Positions 30,125 through 40,173 of a stretch of 64,000 nt of DNA are shown piece by piece; position 1 is the stretch's first letter, and the number at the start of each line of letters is the position of its first letter. The notes below the pieces were generated by a model. That model saw only the letters and a list, made by a program, of their open reading frames with translations. It had not been told where the DNA came from and searched no databases. Origin of the DNA: Oscillospiraceae bacterium (GTDB lineage Bacteria; Bacillota; Clostridia; Oscillospirales; CAG-272); assembly GCA_015063905.1 (NCBI GenBank), contig SVTF01000004.1:9082-73081 (forward strand), read 5' to 3'. The position numbers and the translations under genes were made by a program.

Positions 30125-30877
30125 TTACTTTTTCTTTTTCTTTTTGTGTCCCTTGTTGTGTTCGAAGCTTGATTTATTCAGCTTTTCATTTCTTTTATTA
30201 AGCTTGCTCTCCAAATACTTTTTGGTTTGCTCTACAACCTGCTCCTCGCGCTCGTCCTTGATCTTATTCCATTTGTTGATAAAACCAAATCTTGATTGCT
30301 TGCGCCTCATATCCTCCTGCCCCTCCGGACATATCATGGCGTAACACTTGAATATGAGCGCGGCATTGATTATAGTATATACAAGCTGCATCAGCATAAG
30401 GAGCATCATCAGTCCTGCTCTGCTCGATTTTAGCGTCTCGATCGGCAACAACACAATAATTTGTAAAACGTTGAAAAGTATTACAAATATCATATTTCTG
30501 AAAGCCTTGACGCGAGTATCGGGATACTCCACTCGCCTTGATAGATCGGCTATACCGTAAAGCACCGACATATTAAACAAAAAGTTGATGGCTATCTCGG
30601 CAAGATCAAATACCGTGCCGAGATTCAGAGCTACTATGCCAAGCGGAAAACCAAATTGCTGTTCCACCCACACAAGTGTGCCGTAAAGCGAGCAAATTAG
30701 CAGCAGCGTATTGGCAATCAGCGCATAAACAAACGTGGGGGAATATTTTCTGAGCTCAAAAAGCCCCAGGAACATTATAGATCCACCAACCAACGTACCT
30801 GCGAAAATATACGTTCCAAATCCAACGGCAGATACGTATGCAAATATATAGCCTATCAACAAAAAGCCAAATCCCAT
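30125..30877 (-). CDS. Hypothetical polytopic membrane protein (250 aa) with charged, Lys-rich cytoplasmic tail
   Basis: About 6 TM helices followed by a roughly 65-aa K/E-rich tail ending KGHKKKKKK. Located 27 nt after secA. Confidence 0.7.
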   Translation of the reverse strand: MGFGFLLIGYIFAYVSAVGFGTYIFAGTLVGGSIMFLGLFELRKYSPTFVYALIANTLLLICSLYGTLVWVEQQFGFPLGIVALNLGTVFDLAEIAINFLFNMSVLYGIADLSRRVEYPDTRVKAFRNMIFVILFNVLQIIVLLPIETLKSSRAGLMMLLMLMQLVYTIINAALIFKCYAMICPEGQEDMRRKQSRFGFINKWNKIKDEREEQVVEQTKKYLESKLNKRNEKLNKSSFEHNKGHKKKKKK

Positions 30878-30904
30878 TATATCCTCCGTTAATGATTTTT
30901 TTGA

Positions 30905-33676
30905 TTATTTTGAAGTGTTAGCCGCATTGCCGCAGCAGTTTTTATACTTTTTTCCCGAGCCGCAAGGGCAAGGATCGTTTCTGCCAACCTTCTCGGCAGC
31001 AGTTTTTCGTATCGTCACCTTTTTTTCGCTCTTGGGCGCGGAGCCTTCAAAGCCTGCAGTTATCGGATTGGCTATCTGCGTCCTCTTGATTGTTGGAGCA
31101 GCCTTGGGAACAACGGACAAGATACCTCTTACGGTCTTCTCGCGTATATCCTCTATCATTGTATCAAACATATCGCCGCCTACTATACGGTATTCAACGA
31201 CAGGATCACGGTGAGCATACGACTGCAACCCGATCTGACCTCTTAGCTCATCCATTGTATCGATGTGTTCCATCCACGCCGTATCAACGTTTCTAAGAAG
31301 AATCGAGCGCTGAATCTCAAGGAAGGTTTCTCTGCCAAACAGAGCTTCCTTTTCATCGTACTTAGCCAGAGCGCGCTCTGTAAGCAGAGTTACTATCTCC
31401 CCGTTATTGAGCTTTTTGAGCTCTTCCTCAGTATATCTGAAATCATTTGCGTCGCACAAATACGGAAGTGCCGTGCGGAGTCCTTCAAGATCCCAATCGG
31501 TTGCGTTTTCGTCGCTCGTGTGGGCAAGTACACAGTCATTTATGCTGGAAAGCATCATTTTCTTTATGGTCTCGCCAATTCCGTCTCCACCGTCAAGAAC
31601 TTCTCCGCGCTGCTTGTAAATAACGGTTCTTTGCTGATTCATTACGTCGTCATAAGCAAGAACGTATTTGCGTCGCTTGAAGTTGTTGAACTCGATTCTC
31701 TTTTGCGCGCTTTCAATGGAATTGGAAAGCATTTGCGCGTCGATAGGTGTTGTTTCTTCAATACCCATACGGTCTATCATCATAGAGAGCCTATTCATTC
31801 TGTCCTCTCCGCCAAACAGACGCATAAGGTCATCTTCAAGTGATATATAGAAACGTGATTCACCCGGGTCGCCCTGACGTCCCGAGCGTCCGCGCAGCTG
31901 ATTGTCGATACGGCGGCTTTCGTGTCGCTCCGTGCCGAGAATGAACAGTCCGCCCGCCTCTCTTACCTTTTCTGCCTCGGGAGCTATCTCCAATTTGTAC
32001 TTTTCATAAAGCTTTGCAAACAGCTCTCTTGCAGCCAAAATTTCTTCATCATCGGTATTGGATGTGCCGTTAGCCTCAACTATAAGCTCCTCGGGTATCT
32101 GCATAGACCTCATTTCCTGCTTTGCAAGAAACTCGGGATTGCCGCCAAGCATAATATCGGTACCTCTTCCCGCCATATTGGTAGATATGGTGACTGCGCC
32201 GAATTTACCAGCTTGGGCAACTATCTCCGCTTCCTTTTGATGATACTTGGCATTAAGCACCGTATGCTTTATGCCCGCACTCAAAAGCTTTTTTGAAAGG
32301 TATTCCGATTTTTCTATCGAAACTGTACCAACAAGAACGGGTTGTCCTTTTTTGTTACATTCTTTGATCTGATCAATAACCGCCTGATATTTTCCGTTAA
32401 CAGTTCTATAAACGACGTCATTGTGATCGATCCTTATCATAGGCTTGTTTGTTGGCACCTCAACTACGTCAAGCTCATAGATCTCCTTAAACTCATCCTG
32501 CTCAGTAAGTGCCGTACCTGTCATGCCCGAGAGCTTTTTGTACATTCGGAAGTAATTCTGGAACGTAATAGTGGCAAGCGTTTTATTTTCTTTTTCAATG
32601 CTTACGCCTTCCTTTGCCTCTATAGCCTGGTGAAGGCCGTCCGAATAGCGCCTTCCATACATCATTCGTCCCGTAAACTCATCGACTATGATAACGCCTT
32701 TATCGGTAACCACGTACTGCTCGTCACGGAACATAACTCCGTGTGCCTTTATCGCCTGATTTACGTAGTGCATAAGATCCGCATTCTCGGGATCGGTAAA
32801 GTTTTCAACACCAAAGTATGCTTCCGCCTTTTGCGCGCCCTTGGGGGTAAGGATGGCATTTCTCGCCTTTTCGTCCACAACGTAATCAGCGTCAAAGTTT
32901 TCGTGATCCTCTTTGCTGTCTATCTCTTTGATAACGAGCTTGCGCAACGTTCTTGCGAACTTATCGGCTCTTTCATACATATCGGTAGGCTCCTCGCCCG
33001 CACCGGAAATGATAAGAGGGGTTCTCGCCTCATCGACAAGTATTGAGTCCACCTCGTCAACGATAGCAAAATTATGTCCACGCTGAACCATTCTCTCCTT
33101 GTAGACCACCATGTTATCACGTAGGTAGTCAAATCCGAATTCGTTATTGGTTCCATAGGTTATGTCCGCGCTATAAGCCTCTTTTTTCTGGCGGTTGTCC
33201 ATTCCGTGAACGACAAGGCCTGTTGAAAGCCCCATAAATCCATAAACTCTGCCCATTTCCTCGCTATCTCGGCGGGCAAGATAATCGTTAACCGTTACGA
33301 TGTGAACACCGTCTCCAGAAAGCGCGTTAAGATAAGCCGGAAGCGTAGCTACAAGCGTCTTACCTTCTCCCGTTTTCATTTCCGCTATTCTTCCTTGGTG
33401 AAGGATTATTCCGCCAAGCAGCTGCACGTGGAAGGGGCGCTTTCCAAGAACACGGTCGTCTGCCTCTCTGACCGCTGCAAAAGCGTCCGGCAAAATATCG
33501 TCAAGCGTTTCGCCGCTTGCAAGCCTTGCCTTAAGAGCGGGAGTTGTTGCCTTAAGCTCCTCATCGCTCATAGCGGAATACTTGTTTGCCAGCTCCTCTA
33601 TCTGCTTTGCGATTTTTTCCAGCTTTTTTATCTGTCTATCACTATATGTGCCAAAGATCTTTGCTCCAAGACCCAT
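30905..33676 (-). CDS. secA: Preprotein translocase ATPase SecA
   Basis: MKTGEGKTL Walker A, DEVDSILVDEARTPLIISG, and the C-terminal zinc finger CPCGSGKKYKNCCG. Confidence 0.95.
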   Translation of the reverse strand: MGLGAKIFGTYSDRQIKKLEKIAKQIEELANKYSAMSDEELKATTPALKARLASGETLDDILPDAFAAVREADDRVLGKRPFHVQLLGGIILHQGRIAEMKTGEGKTLVATLPAYLNALSGDGVHIVTVNDYLARRDSEEMGRVYGFMGLSTGLVVHGMDNRQKKEAYSADITYGTNNEFGFDYLRDNMVVYKERMVQRGHNFAIVDEVDSILVDEARTPLIISGAGEEPTDMYERADKFARTLRKLVIKEIDSKEDHENFDADYVVDEKARNAILTPKGAQKAEAYFGVENFTDPENADLMHYVNQAIKAHGVMFRDEQYVVTDKGVIIVDEFTGRMMYGRRYSDGLHQAIEAKEGVSIEKENKTLATITFQNYFRMYKKLSGMTGTALTEQDEFKEIYELDVVEVPTNKPMIRIDHNDVVYRTVNGKYQAVIDQIKECNKKGQPVLVGTVSIEKSEYLSKKLLSAGIKHTVLNAKYHQKEAEIVAQAGKFGAVTISTNMAGRGTDIMLGGNPEFLAKQEMRSMQIPEELIVEANGTSNTDDEEILAARELFAKLYEKYKLEIAPEAEKVREAGGLFILGTERHESRRIDNQLRGRSGRQGDPGESRFYISLEDDLMRLFGGEDRMNRLSMMIDRMGIEETTPIDAQMLSNSIESAQKRIEFNNFKRRKYVLAYDDVMNQQRTVIYKQRGEVLDGGDGIGETIKKMMLSSINDCVLAHTSDENATDWDLEGLRTALPYLCDANDFRYTEEELKKLNNGEIVTLLTERALAKYDEKEALFGRETFLEIQRSILLRNVDTAWMEHIDTMDELRGQIGLQSYAHRDPVVEYRIVGGDMFDTMIEDIREKTVRGILSVVPKAAPTIKRTQIANPITAGFEGSAPKSEKKVTIRKTAAEKVGRNDPCPCGSGKKYKNCCGNAANTSK

Positions 33677-33864
33677 TTTGAAAATCCACCTTTCAGTTTT
33701 TTATGCAAAGGTTACGTTTAACGTACATTAAATTTAATTATACTATATTTCCATATATTTTACAATACGATTTTGTAAATTTTCGTAAAACACTTGAAAA
33801 ATGACCTCATTTGCTATATAATTATCTTGTCGTTTTCCGGCAATAAGAATTGGAGATATATATC

Positions 33865-34368
33865 ATGGCTTTACATATAAACATTGTCCTTTGCGAACCC
33901 GAAATACCGCAGAATACAGGAAACATTGCGAGAACCTGCGCGGCAACCGGCGCTTCATTGCATCTTATACGTCCGCTTGGCTTCAAGATAGATAACGCAA
34001 AGCTCAAGCGTGCGGGGCTTGACTATTGGGACAAGCTTGACATTACGTATTACGACGGTCTTGACGATTTCTTTTCAAAGCATCCCGATGCCTGCGTTTA
34101 TTATTTCTCAACAAAGGCGCAGCACAAATATTCGGACGTAAACTACCCCGATGATGCTTTTATAATGTTCGGCAAGGAGACAAAGGGATTGCCTGAAGAT
34201 CTCTTGTTTGCCAACCCCGAACAATGCGTGAGAATTCCTATGAGGGATCACTTGCGCTCACTTAATCTGTCAAATTCGGTTGCCATAGCTGTCTACGAAA
34301 TACTGCGCCAAAGAGATTTTGATGGATTAGTAGATTCAGGGCAGCTTACACAATTTTCATGGGAATAA
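33865..34368 (+). CDS. trmL: tRNA (cytidine/uridine-34 2'-O)-methyltransferase TrmL (SpoU/TrmH family)
   Basis: VLCEPEIPQNTGNIARTCAATG..LHLIRPLGF and LKRAGLDYW motifs. Start trimmed to MALHI. Confidence 0.8.
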   Translation: MALHINIVLCEPEIPQNTGNIARTCAATGASLHLIRPLGFKIDNAKLKRAGLDYWDKLDITYYDGLDDFFSKHPDACVYYFSTKAQHKYSDVNYPDDAFIMFGKETKGLPEDLLFANPEQCVRIPMRDHLRSLNLSNSVAIAVYEILRQRDFDGLVDSGQLTQFSWE

Positions 34369-34386
34369 TGTTGATCGGAGCTATTA

Positions 34387-35451
34387 ATGGATAGAAAACT
34401 TAACGTTACCGTTGCGATGAGCGGCGGAATTGACAGTGCGGTCGCCGCGCTGCTTGCTATCGAACAAGGATACAACGTTTCGGGCGCAACGCTGCGTCTG
34501 TGCGATAAAATATTAAAGGACGGCACAAACGCTACCGAGAGCGACATTGAGGACGCAAAAAAGACATGTCAAGCGTTGAAAATACAGCATAAGGTTTATG
34601 ACATGACCGACCTCTTCAAGCTCAACGTGGTCAAAAACTTTATTGACACATATCTTGAGGGAGGCACTCCTAATCCTTGCATCGTCTGCAATAAGCATCT
34701 TAAATTCGGTGCTTTGCTTAACCTTGAGCTGAAATGCGGCGCTGACCTTGTTGCCACAGGTCACTACGCAAAAATAGAGCGTGACACAAATGGAAGATGG
34801 CTATTGAAAAGGGCAAAGGATGAAAAAAAGGACCAGACATATATGCTTTGGTCGCTTACTCAGCATCAGTTGGCTCACTCCCTATTCCCTCTTGGAAATC
34901 TCACAAAGCCCGAGATACGCAAAATTGGCTTTGAGCATGGCTTTATAAATGCTCACAAAAGTGACAGTCAGGACATTTGCTTTGTCCCCGACGGTGATTA
35001 CGCCGCATTTATCGAAAAAGAGCTTGGATATAAATATCCTGAGGGTGATTATATTGACGAAAACGGTAACGTTTTGGGACGGCATAAGGGTATGATCCAT
35101 TACACGATAGGACAAAGAAAAGGCCTCGGCATTTCTATGGGCCGCCACATTTTTGTTTCAAATAAGGATGCCAAGACCAATACTGTTACTCTTACAGACG
35201 AGGACAGGCTTTTTACCGATAAGGTCATTATCAAGAGCATAAATCTCATTCCCTTTGACAAGCTCGAAGCTCCAATGTGCGTTCAAGCCAAGGTGAGATA
35301 CAGTCAATCATCAAGCCCCGCTTTTGCTCAGCAAACGGGAGAAGATGAGATCACCCTGACCTTTGATACCCCTCAACGCGCTCCCGCAAAGGGTCAATCC
35401 GCGGTTATGTATGACGGCGAATATGTAATTGGCGGCGGAATAATCCAATAA
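34387..35451 (+). CDS. mnmA: tRNA 2-thiouridine(34) synthase MnmA
   Basis: PP-loop VAMSGGIDSAVAA, NPCIVCN, ATGHYA and DQTYML motifs. Confidence 0.9.
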   Translation: MDRKLNVTVAMSGGIDSAVAALLAIEQGYNVSGATLRLCDKILKDGTNATESDIEDAKKTCQALKIQHKVYDMTDLFKLNVVKNFIDTYLEGGTPNPCIVCNKHLKFGALLNLELKCGADLVATGHYAKIERDTNGRWLLKRAKDEKKDQTYMLWSLTQHQLAHSLFPLGNLTKPEIRKIGFEHGFINAHKSDSQDICFVPDGDYAAFIEKELGYKYPEGDYIDENGNVLGRHKGMIHYTIGQRKGLGISMGRHIFVSNKDAKTNTVTLTDEDRLFTDKVIIKSINLIPFDKLEAPMCVQAKVRYSQSSSPAFAQQTGEDEITLTFDTPQRAPAKGQSAVMYDGEYVIGGGIIQ

Positions 35452-35475
35452 ATCGCATTGCCGTTTATTCAAATA

Positions 35476-35514
35476 AAAATCACATTGACTAAAGCTGCCA
35501 ATGTGATTTTTTTA
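35476..35514. terminator. Terminator after mnmA (also closes the convergent minus-strand unit)
   Basis: AAAATCACATTG / CAATGTGATTTT 12-bp stem followed by a T-run. Confidence 0.75.
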
Positions 35515-35520
35515 TTGTTT

Positions 35521-35625
35521 TTAGTTGTTATCCTTTTTCTTGGGGTTTGTAACCTTGTTGAGCACAGCGACGCTGATTATAATTATAACGGTCACAATGA
35601 AAATTCCAAGCATTCCCTTTCCCAT
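35521..35625 (-). CDS. Possible 34-aa single-pass membrane peptide
   Basis: The minus-strand ATG..TAA ORF reads MGKGMLGIFIVTVIIIISVAVLNKVTNPKKKDNN: one TM helix plus a basic tail. It lies 32 nt after the DUF4037 gene and before the terminator. No convincing SD, and it was not in the ORF track because it is under 60 aa. Confidence 0.3.
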   Translation of the reverse strand: MGKGMLGIFIVTVIIIISVAVLNKVTNPKKKDNN

Positions 35626-35657
35626 TGTCAACCCGTTTTCACAAATTCATCACTCTA

Positions 35658-36584
35658 TCAGAGCATAATGTGTGAATTTCTTAGCTCGTGATCCTTGATC
35701 CTGCCGTTTATTGAGTATGCGTGGTTTTCCAAGTAGTCCGTATGAGAATCGGAAAGTCCCTGCCTTATAAGCTCGGATATAACGCATGCGCAAAATTTCT
35801 CAATTTCTCGCGAAATCTCCAAGGCTTGATCTCCCGACTTATTGATCAGCCTCTCAAGTTCAAACGCTCCTTGACCCAATATTTCAAGCTCACGCATGGC
35901 TCGAAATGACCATTTGTAATACGGAGTATGTCTTCTGTTAAGTAAAAACACCATGTCTATCGCGCTTTTAACAAAATCGGATAGCGCAAGTCTTGCCGCG
36001 CCGAGCTCTCCGTGAGACAGGCATCTTTTATAGTTATACTGCCCCGATTGCGCCATATGAAAGGCGCAGGAGGCTATCTTTTTTAGTCTTGCATCCTCGG
36101 GCATTCCATTTTTGATCTTATCGCGTATCTCGGTAAATCTGCCATACGGGTCACAAAAGACTTGTCCGTTTACCGCCTCGGCAAGATAATATGACGGTGT
36201 ATATACCCAATCCTTAAGAGTTTCGGGCGCCCCGTCTCTGCCCGTGTACTGACGGTAAAAATCCGATATAGTCATAACTCCGCGGCTATCGGAGCCCCTA
36301 AGGCTCTTCTCTGTGGTATTTATCTGTGAATACTCCTTTTGTAGCTTAGTATAGGTGCGAAAAAGCCTGAATCCGAACTCACGCTCGCTCTCCTCATCGA
36401 TCCAGATGCAAAGCGAAGGCTCGAAATCGTGATCCTTGGATATTTCGTCGTCAAAGCCAAAGCACTCCGAGCCATGACCCACAAGACCTACTGCTATCCT
36501 GTCCGCGTATGGGGAAAATTCACTCTCTATAACCGGCTTTACCGCGTCTTCATAGAAGCGGCGCGCCATCTCAATTCCCTGCAT
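35658..36584 (-). CDS. Nucleotidyltransferase-fold protein with DUF4037-type C-terminal domain
   Basis: Pol-beta-type NTase motif GHGSECFGFDDEISKDHD and a helical C-terminal half. GGAG lies 7 nt before the ATG at 36584, which is inside the end of the TPR gene (14-nt overlap). Confidence 0.7.
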   Translation of the reverse strand: MQGIEMARRFYEDAVKPVIESEFSPYADRIAVGLVGHGSECFGFDDEISKDHDFEPSLCIWIDEESEREFGFRLFRTYTKLQKEYSQINTTEKSLRGSDSRGVMTISDFYRQYTGRDGAPETLKDWVYTPSYYLAEAVNGQVFCDPYGRFTEIRDKIKNGMPEDARLKKIASCAFHMAQSGQYNYKRCLSHGELGAARLALSDFVKSAIDMVFLLNRRHTPYYKWSFRAMRELEILGQGAFELERLINKSGDQALEISREIEKFCACVISELIRQGLSDSHTDYLENHAYSINGRIKDHELRNSHIML

Positions 36585-37362
36585 ATATTTTCTCCATCAA
36601 TTCCTTGATATACTTTTCATACTCAAAGTATCCGAAAAACGCAAACGACGGATAACATTTTGAGCAAAGAAAAGCAAAATTTCCGTCATGCGTATTTTGC
36701 TTATGTGTGAGAAGCTCCCAGGCGCGCTCCATATTAGCGTCTATTCGCTCGTCACAAGGATCATCATCGTAATAGATATGAGCCAGATTGACAAGCGTTA
36801 CAGCTATCTCTCCGCGGCAATCTCCTCTGCGCTCAAGAATGTCGATCGCGCATTGGCATGCCTCCTTTGCGCTCTCTCTATCTCCAATATCAACGTACGC
36901 GCTTGAAATATTATTATAGTATGCCGCCATTTTGTAATCATTCGCCGAAAGGCAATTATCATAAATGGCTTTTGCCCTTGCATAGTACTCCATGGCTTGC
37001 TTGGCTTGTCCAAATGATTTCATGGTGGTGGCGCCGTTCAGGTACAGAGTGCCTGCTGACTCGGAGCTATCAAGACCGTGTTCTGCCATAAGCTCAAATG
37101 CCTCGTTAACAGAACGGAGAGCCTTATCCATATCAGACGTGCGCCTATAGTACCCTATTTCCTCATTCAGAATCTCCAACAGTCCGCGGACGTCACCAAG
37201 CGCCCGCGCTTCTCTTTCCCAATATTCCAAGAGCCTGCCGACAGCATCCAGATCGTTTGTTGAAAACAACTCATCAAGCTTGGATATTACGCGAGCGATG
37301 GGCACGGTATCATACGACTCCTTAGAGCAGCCCTTGCATTTGATAATTCTCTCTTCCTGCAT
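36571..37362 (-). CDS. Tetratricopeptide-repeat protein
   Basis: 263 aa. The N-terminus carries a CxxC (CKGC), followed by repeated A..YY/A..Y.N TPR-like helices (AMEYYARAKAIY, AAYYNNISSAYV, LVNLAHIYY). Confidence 0.7.
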   Translation of the reverse strand: MQEERIIKCKGCSKESYDTVPIARVISKLDELFSTNDLDAVGRLLEYWEREARALGDVRGLLEILNEEIGYYRRTSDMDKALRSVNEAFELMAEHGLDSSESAGTLYLNGATTMKSFGQAKQAMEYYARAKAIYDNCLSANDYKMAAYYNNISSAYVDIGDRESAKEACQCAIDILERRGDCRGEIAVTLVNLAHIYYDDDPCDERIDANMERAWELLTHKQNTHDGNFAFLCSKCYPSFAFFGYFEYEKYIKELMEKIYAGN

Positions 37363-37580
37363 ATTTTTTCTCCGATATTTATGTCAAAACTAATTAGCCC
37401 CTAAACATACGTTTAGCAATATTATAATAAAAATTATATCATATGTACATGTTGATGTCAACAAATGAAGGTCTAAAATATTTTAAAAATGTGCGATATA
37501 GGTGGTGACAAAACGGCTCATATATGCTATAATTAAATAAATATAGTTTATTTGTTTTTAATTCAATTTACGGAGGATTT

Positions 37581-38930
37581 ATGGATATACTGATTTTGGT
37601 TGTTAGCTTGTTATCGCTTACTGTGGCGGCAATATGTCTTTTGATGCTGATGCGTATGCGCTCAGGCATACAGGAGGCAGACAATACCGACGGATACGAT
37701 AAAAAGCTGGACGAGCTCCGCGAGGCAATATATAATGAATTCGCAAGGAACAGATCGGAGCAGAATCAATCCGCGCTTGCTCAGCGCCAGGAAATGACAA
37801 ATAAAATTTCCGAGGTGAACAGAAGCTTAGACGCGCTCAACAAGACCAATCAGGAACAGCTTATCAGAATCTTCCGTCAAATGGCGGAGGGTATGACCGC
37901 GATGAGAGATAAAAACTCGGAGATCATCGAAAAGCAGAACCAAAAGATTGAGTCGGCGCTTACAAAGATACAGGAAAGCAACGAAAAAAAGCTTGAAGAA
38001 ATGCGTACCGTTGTTGACGAAAAGCTTACCTCCACTCTTACCCAAAGACTTGACAGCTCCTTTAAAACGGTGTCAAGTCAGCTTGAAAATCTTTACAAGG
38101 CTCTGGGCGAAATGAAGGAGATGTCCGGCGGTATAACGGAAAACGTAACTACTCTCAACCGCGTGCTTACCAACGTAAAGGCGAGAGGCACGTGGGCCGA
38201 GGTCCAGCTGAAGAACATTCTCGATCAAACTATCCCCGGAATGTACGTTGAAAACTATGCCCCAAAATCCACAAGCAAGGACAGAGTGGAATTTGCTATC
38301 AAGATACCCTCCGGCGAAAACTACTCCGAGATAACCTATCTCCCGCTAGACTCCAAATTCCCCATGGAAGACTACGTTCGTCTTTGCAACGCGGCAGACC
38401 GAGCGGATCCCGAGGGACTTGCCGAGGCGCGCCGCGCGCTTGAGGACCGCGTTATACACGAGGCTCGAGATATAAAGAAGTACATAAACGTTCCCTCCAC
38501 CACTCCTTTCGCTGTTATGTATCTCGCCAGCGAAGGACTTTATGCCGAGATCTCCGCTTCTCCAAATGCCGTTGCGGAAAGAATTCAAAATGATTATAAC
38601 GTAATGATCTGCGGCCCATCAACAGTTACAGCGCTGCTCAATTCTCTTGCTATGGGCTTCCGTATCGCTGCCATTAATGAAAAGGCGCACGAGGTAAGAA
38701 AGATACTGTCTGCGGTAAAGGCTCAATACGATACCTTTGAAACGGTACTTGCCAAGGCTAAAAAGAAAATAGATGAGGCGGGACGTTCGCTTGACGACGC
38801 TCAGCACAGAAACAATATGATACAAAAAAAGCTTCGCTCCGTCGAAGCGCTTGATTCCGCTGAATCAAATGATATTCTGCAATTAGACGCAGCTCCGTCT
38901 TTACTTGTGGACGAAGAGGAGGATGTTTGA
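37581..38930 (+). CDS. rmuC: DNA recombination protein RmuC
   Basis: N-terminal TM helix, long coiled coil, and a C-terminal RmuC nuclease-like domain (RGTWAEVQL...VEFAIKIP). GTGACA-17-TATAAT promoter at about 37505-37533. Confidence 0.85.
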   Translation: MDILILVVSLLSLTVAAICLLMLMRMRSGIQEADNTDGYDKKLDELREAIYNEFARNRSEQNQSALAQRQEMTNKISEVNRSLDALNKTNQEQLIRIFRQMAEGMTAMRDKNSEIIEKQNQKIESALTKIQESNEKKLEEMRTVVDEKLTSTLTQRLDSSFKTVSSQLENLYKALGEMKEMSGGITENVTTLNRVLTNVKARGTWAEVQLKNILDQTIPGMYVENYAPKSTSKDRVEFAIKIPSGENYSEITYLPLDSKFPMEDYVRLCNAADRADPEGLAEARRALEDRVIHEARDIKKYINVPSTTPFAVMYLASEGLYAEISASPNAVAERIQNDYNVMICGPSTVTALLNSLAMGFRIAAINEKAHEVRKILSAVKAQYDTFETVLAKAKKKIDEAGRSLDDAQHRNNMIQKKLRSVEALDSAESNDILQLDAAPSLLVDEEEDV

Positions 38931-40162
38931 TGTTACTTGCTGCAACCTGCCTTTTTGGACTTGAAAAACAGCTTGGCGAGGAGATCGACGCGCTTGGTCT
39001 TAAAAGAGTCGAAACCATTGACGGACGCGTGCTGTTCGAAGGTCAGTTTTGCGATATACCGCGAGTTAATATCAATTTAAGGCTTGCGGAGCGAGTCTTT
39101 ATTGTACTTGGCAGATTCAAAGCCGAGACCTTTACCGAGCTTTTTGACGGAACATACGCAATTCACTGGGAAGATTGGATTGGAAAGCTTGACGAATTTC
39201 CCGTAACCGGTCATTCCATAAAAAGCAAGCTCACGTCCATCCCCGATTGCCAGAGCATAGTTAAAAAGTCCATAGTCAATAGGCTTTCAAGCGCTTACGG
39301 CGTTTCTTGGTTTGAGGAAACGGGTGTAAAATATAAAATAGAATTCTTTATTTTGAAGGATCAGGCCATGCTTATGATCGACACGTCCGGTGTTGCGCTT
39401 CACAAACGAGGTTACCGCCCCGATGCGGGTGCCGCACCACTTCGCGAAACGCTTGCCGCTTGCATCGCGCTTACTGCAAGACCGCGCGAGGACGTTCTCT
39501 TTTGGGATCCCTTTTGCGGCTCGGGAACCATCGCAATCGAAGCCGCTATGATCGCGCGCAAGATCGCTCCCGGCCTTAACCGAGCATTCGCCGCCGAAAA
39601 ATTTCCCCAGATAGAGGAAAAAATGTGGATCGACGCAAGAGCTGAAGCCGCATCTTTCGAGATCAAGGATTCAAAATTTGAGGTGTGGGCATCCGACATT
39701 GACGAGGACATTTTGGATCTTGCCTACGAAAACGCGCTCCGTGCTGGAGTTGAGGATTGCATCAACATCTTCCACGCGGACGCACGAAATATAAAAAAGC
39801 CACAAGATATACGTGGAAGCATCGTTTGCAATCCGCCTTACGGAGAGCGAATGGGTGAGGCGCGCGAAATAGAGCAGCTATACCGTGACATTGGAAAAAA
39901 CTTTAATAGCTTTGACCCGTGGCACATATACGTTCTCACGTCATGCGATTATTTTGAAAAGCTTTACGGCAGGCGCGCGGACAAAACGCGCAAGCTTTAT
40001 AACGGCATGCTCCCCTGCTCACTATATCAATTTTTCAAGCCCGCGGATACAAACGTCTACATTCAGAATCATAAGCAATTTCAAAAAAACAAAGGCTATA
40101 ACGATAATCGCTCTAAAAAACTTGACGGCGGATATAATAAATACACTAAATTCAAAAAATAA
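38930..40162 (+). CDS. THUMP-domain class I SAM-dependent RNA methyltransferase (RlmL/YpsC-like)
   Basis: LLAATCLFGLE THUMP-type N-terminus, DPFCGSGTI motif I, and NPPYGER motif IV. TGATG junction with rmuC. Confidence 0.8.
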   Translation: MLLAATCLFGLEKQLGEEIDALGLKRVETIDGRVLFEGQFCDIPRVNINLRLAERVFIVLGRFKAETFTELFDGTYAIHWEDWIGKLDEFPVTGHSIKSKLTSIPDCQSIVKKSIVNRLSSAYGVSWFEETGVKYKIEFFILKDQAMLMIDTSGVALHKRGYRPDAGAAPLRETLAACIALTARPREDVLFWDPFCGSGTIAIEAAMIARKIAPGLNRAFAAEKFPQIEEKMWIDARAEAASFEIKDSKFEVWASDIDEDILDLAYENALRAGVEDCINIFHADARNIKKPQDIRGSIVCNPPYGERMGEAREIEQLYRDIGKNFNSFDPWHIYVLTSCDYFEKLYGRRADKTRKLYNGMLPCSLYQFFKPADTNVYIQNHKQFQKNKGYNDNRSKKLDGGYNKYTKFKK

Positions 40163-40173
40163 AGAGGAAAAAC

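Noticed and set aside
37581-40162. RmuC (nuclease-like) plus an adjacent methyltransferase as a restriction or defence module.
   Set aside because: The methyltransferase has a THUMP RNA-binding N-terminus and NPPYGER typical of rRNA/tRNA m2G enzymes. The rmuC-MTase-rsmA arrangement looks like housekeeping, and no specificity or helicase subunits are present.
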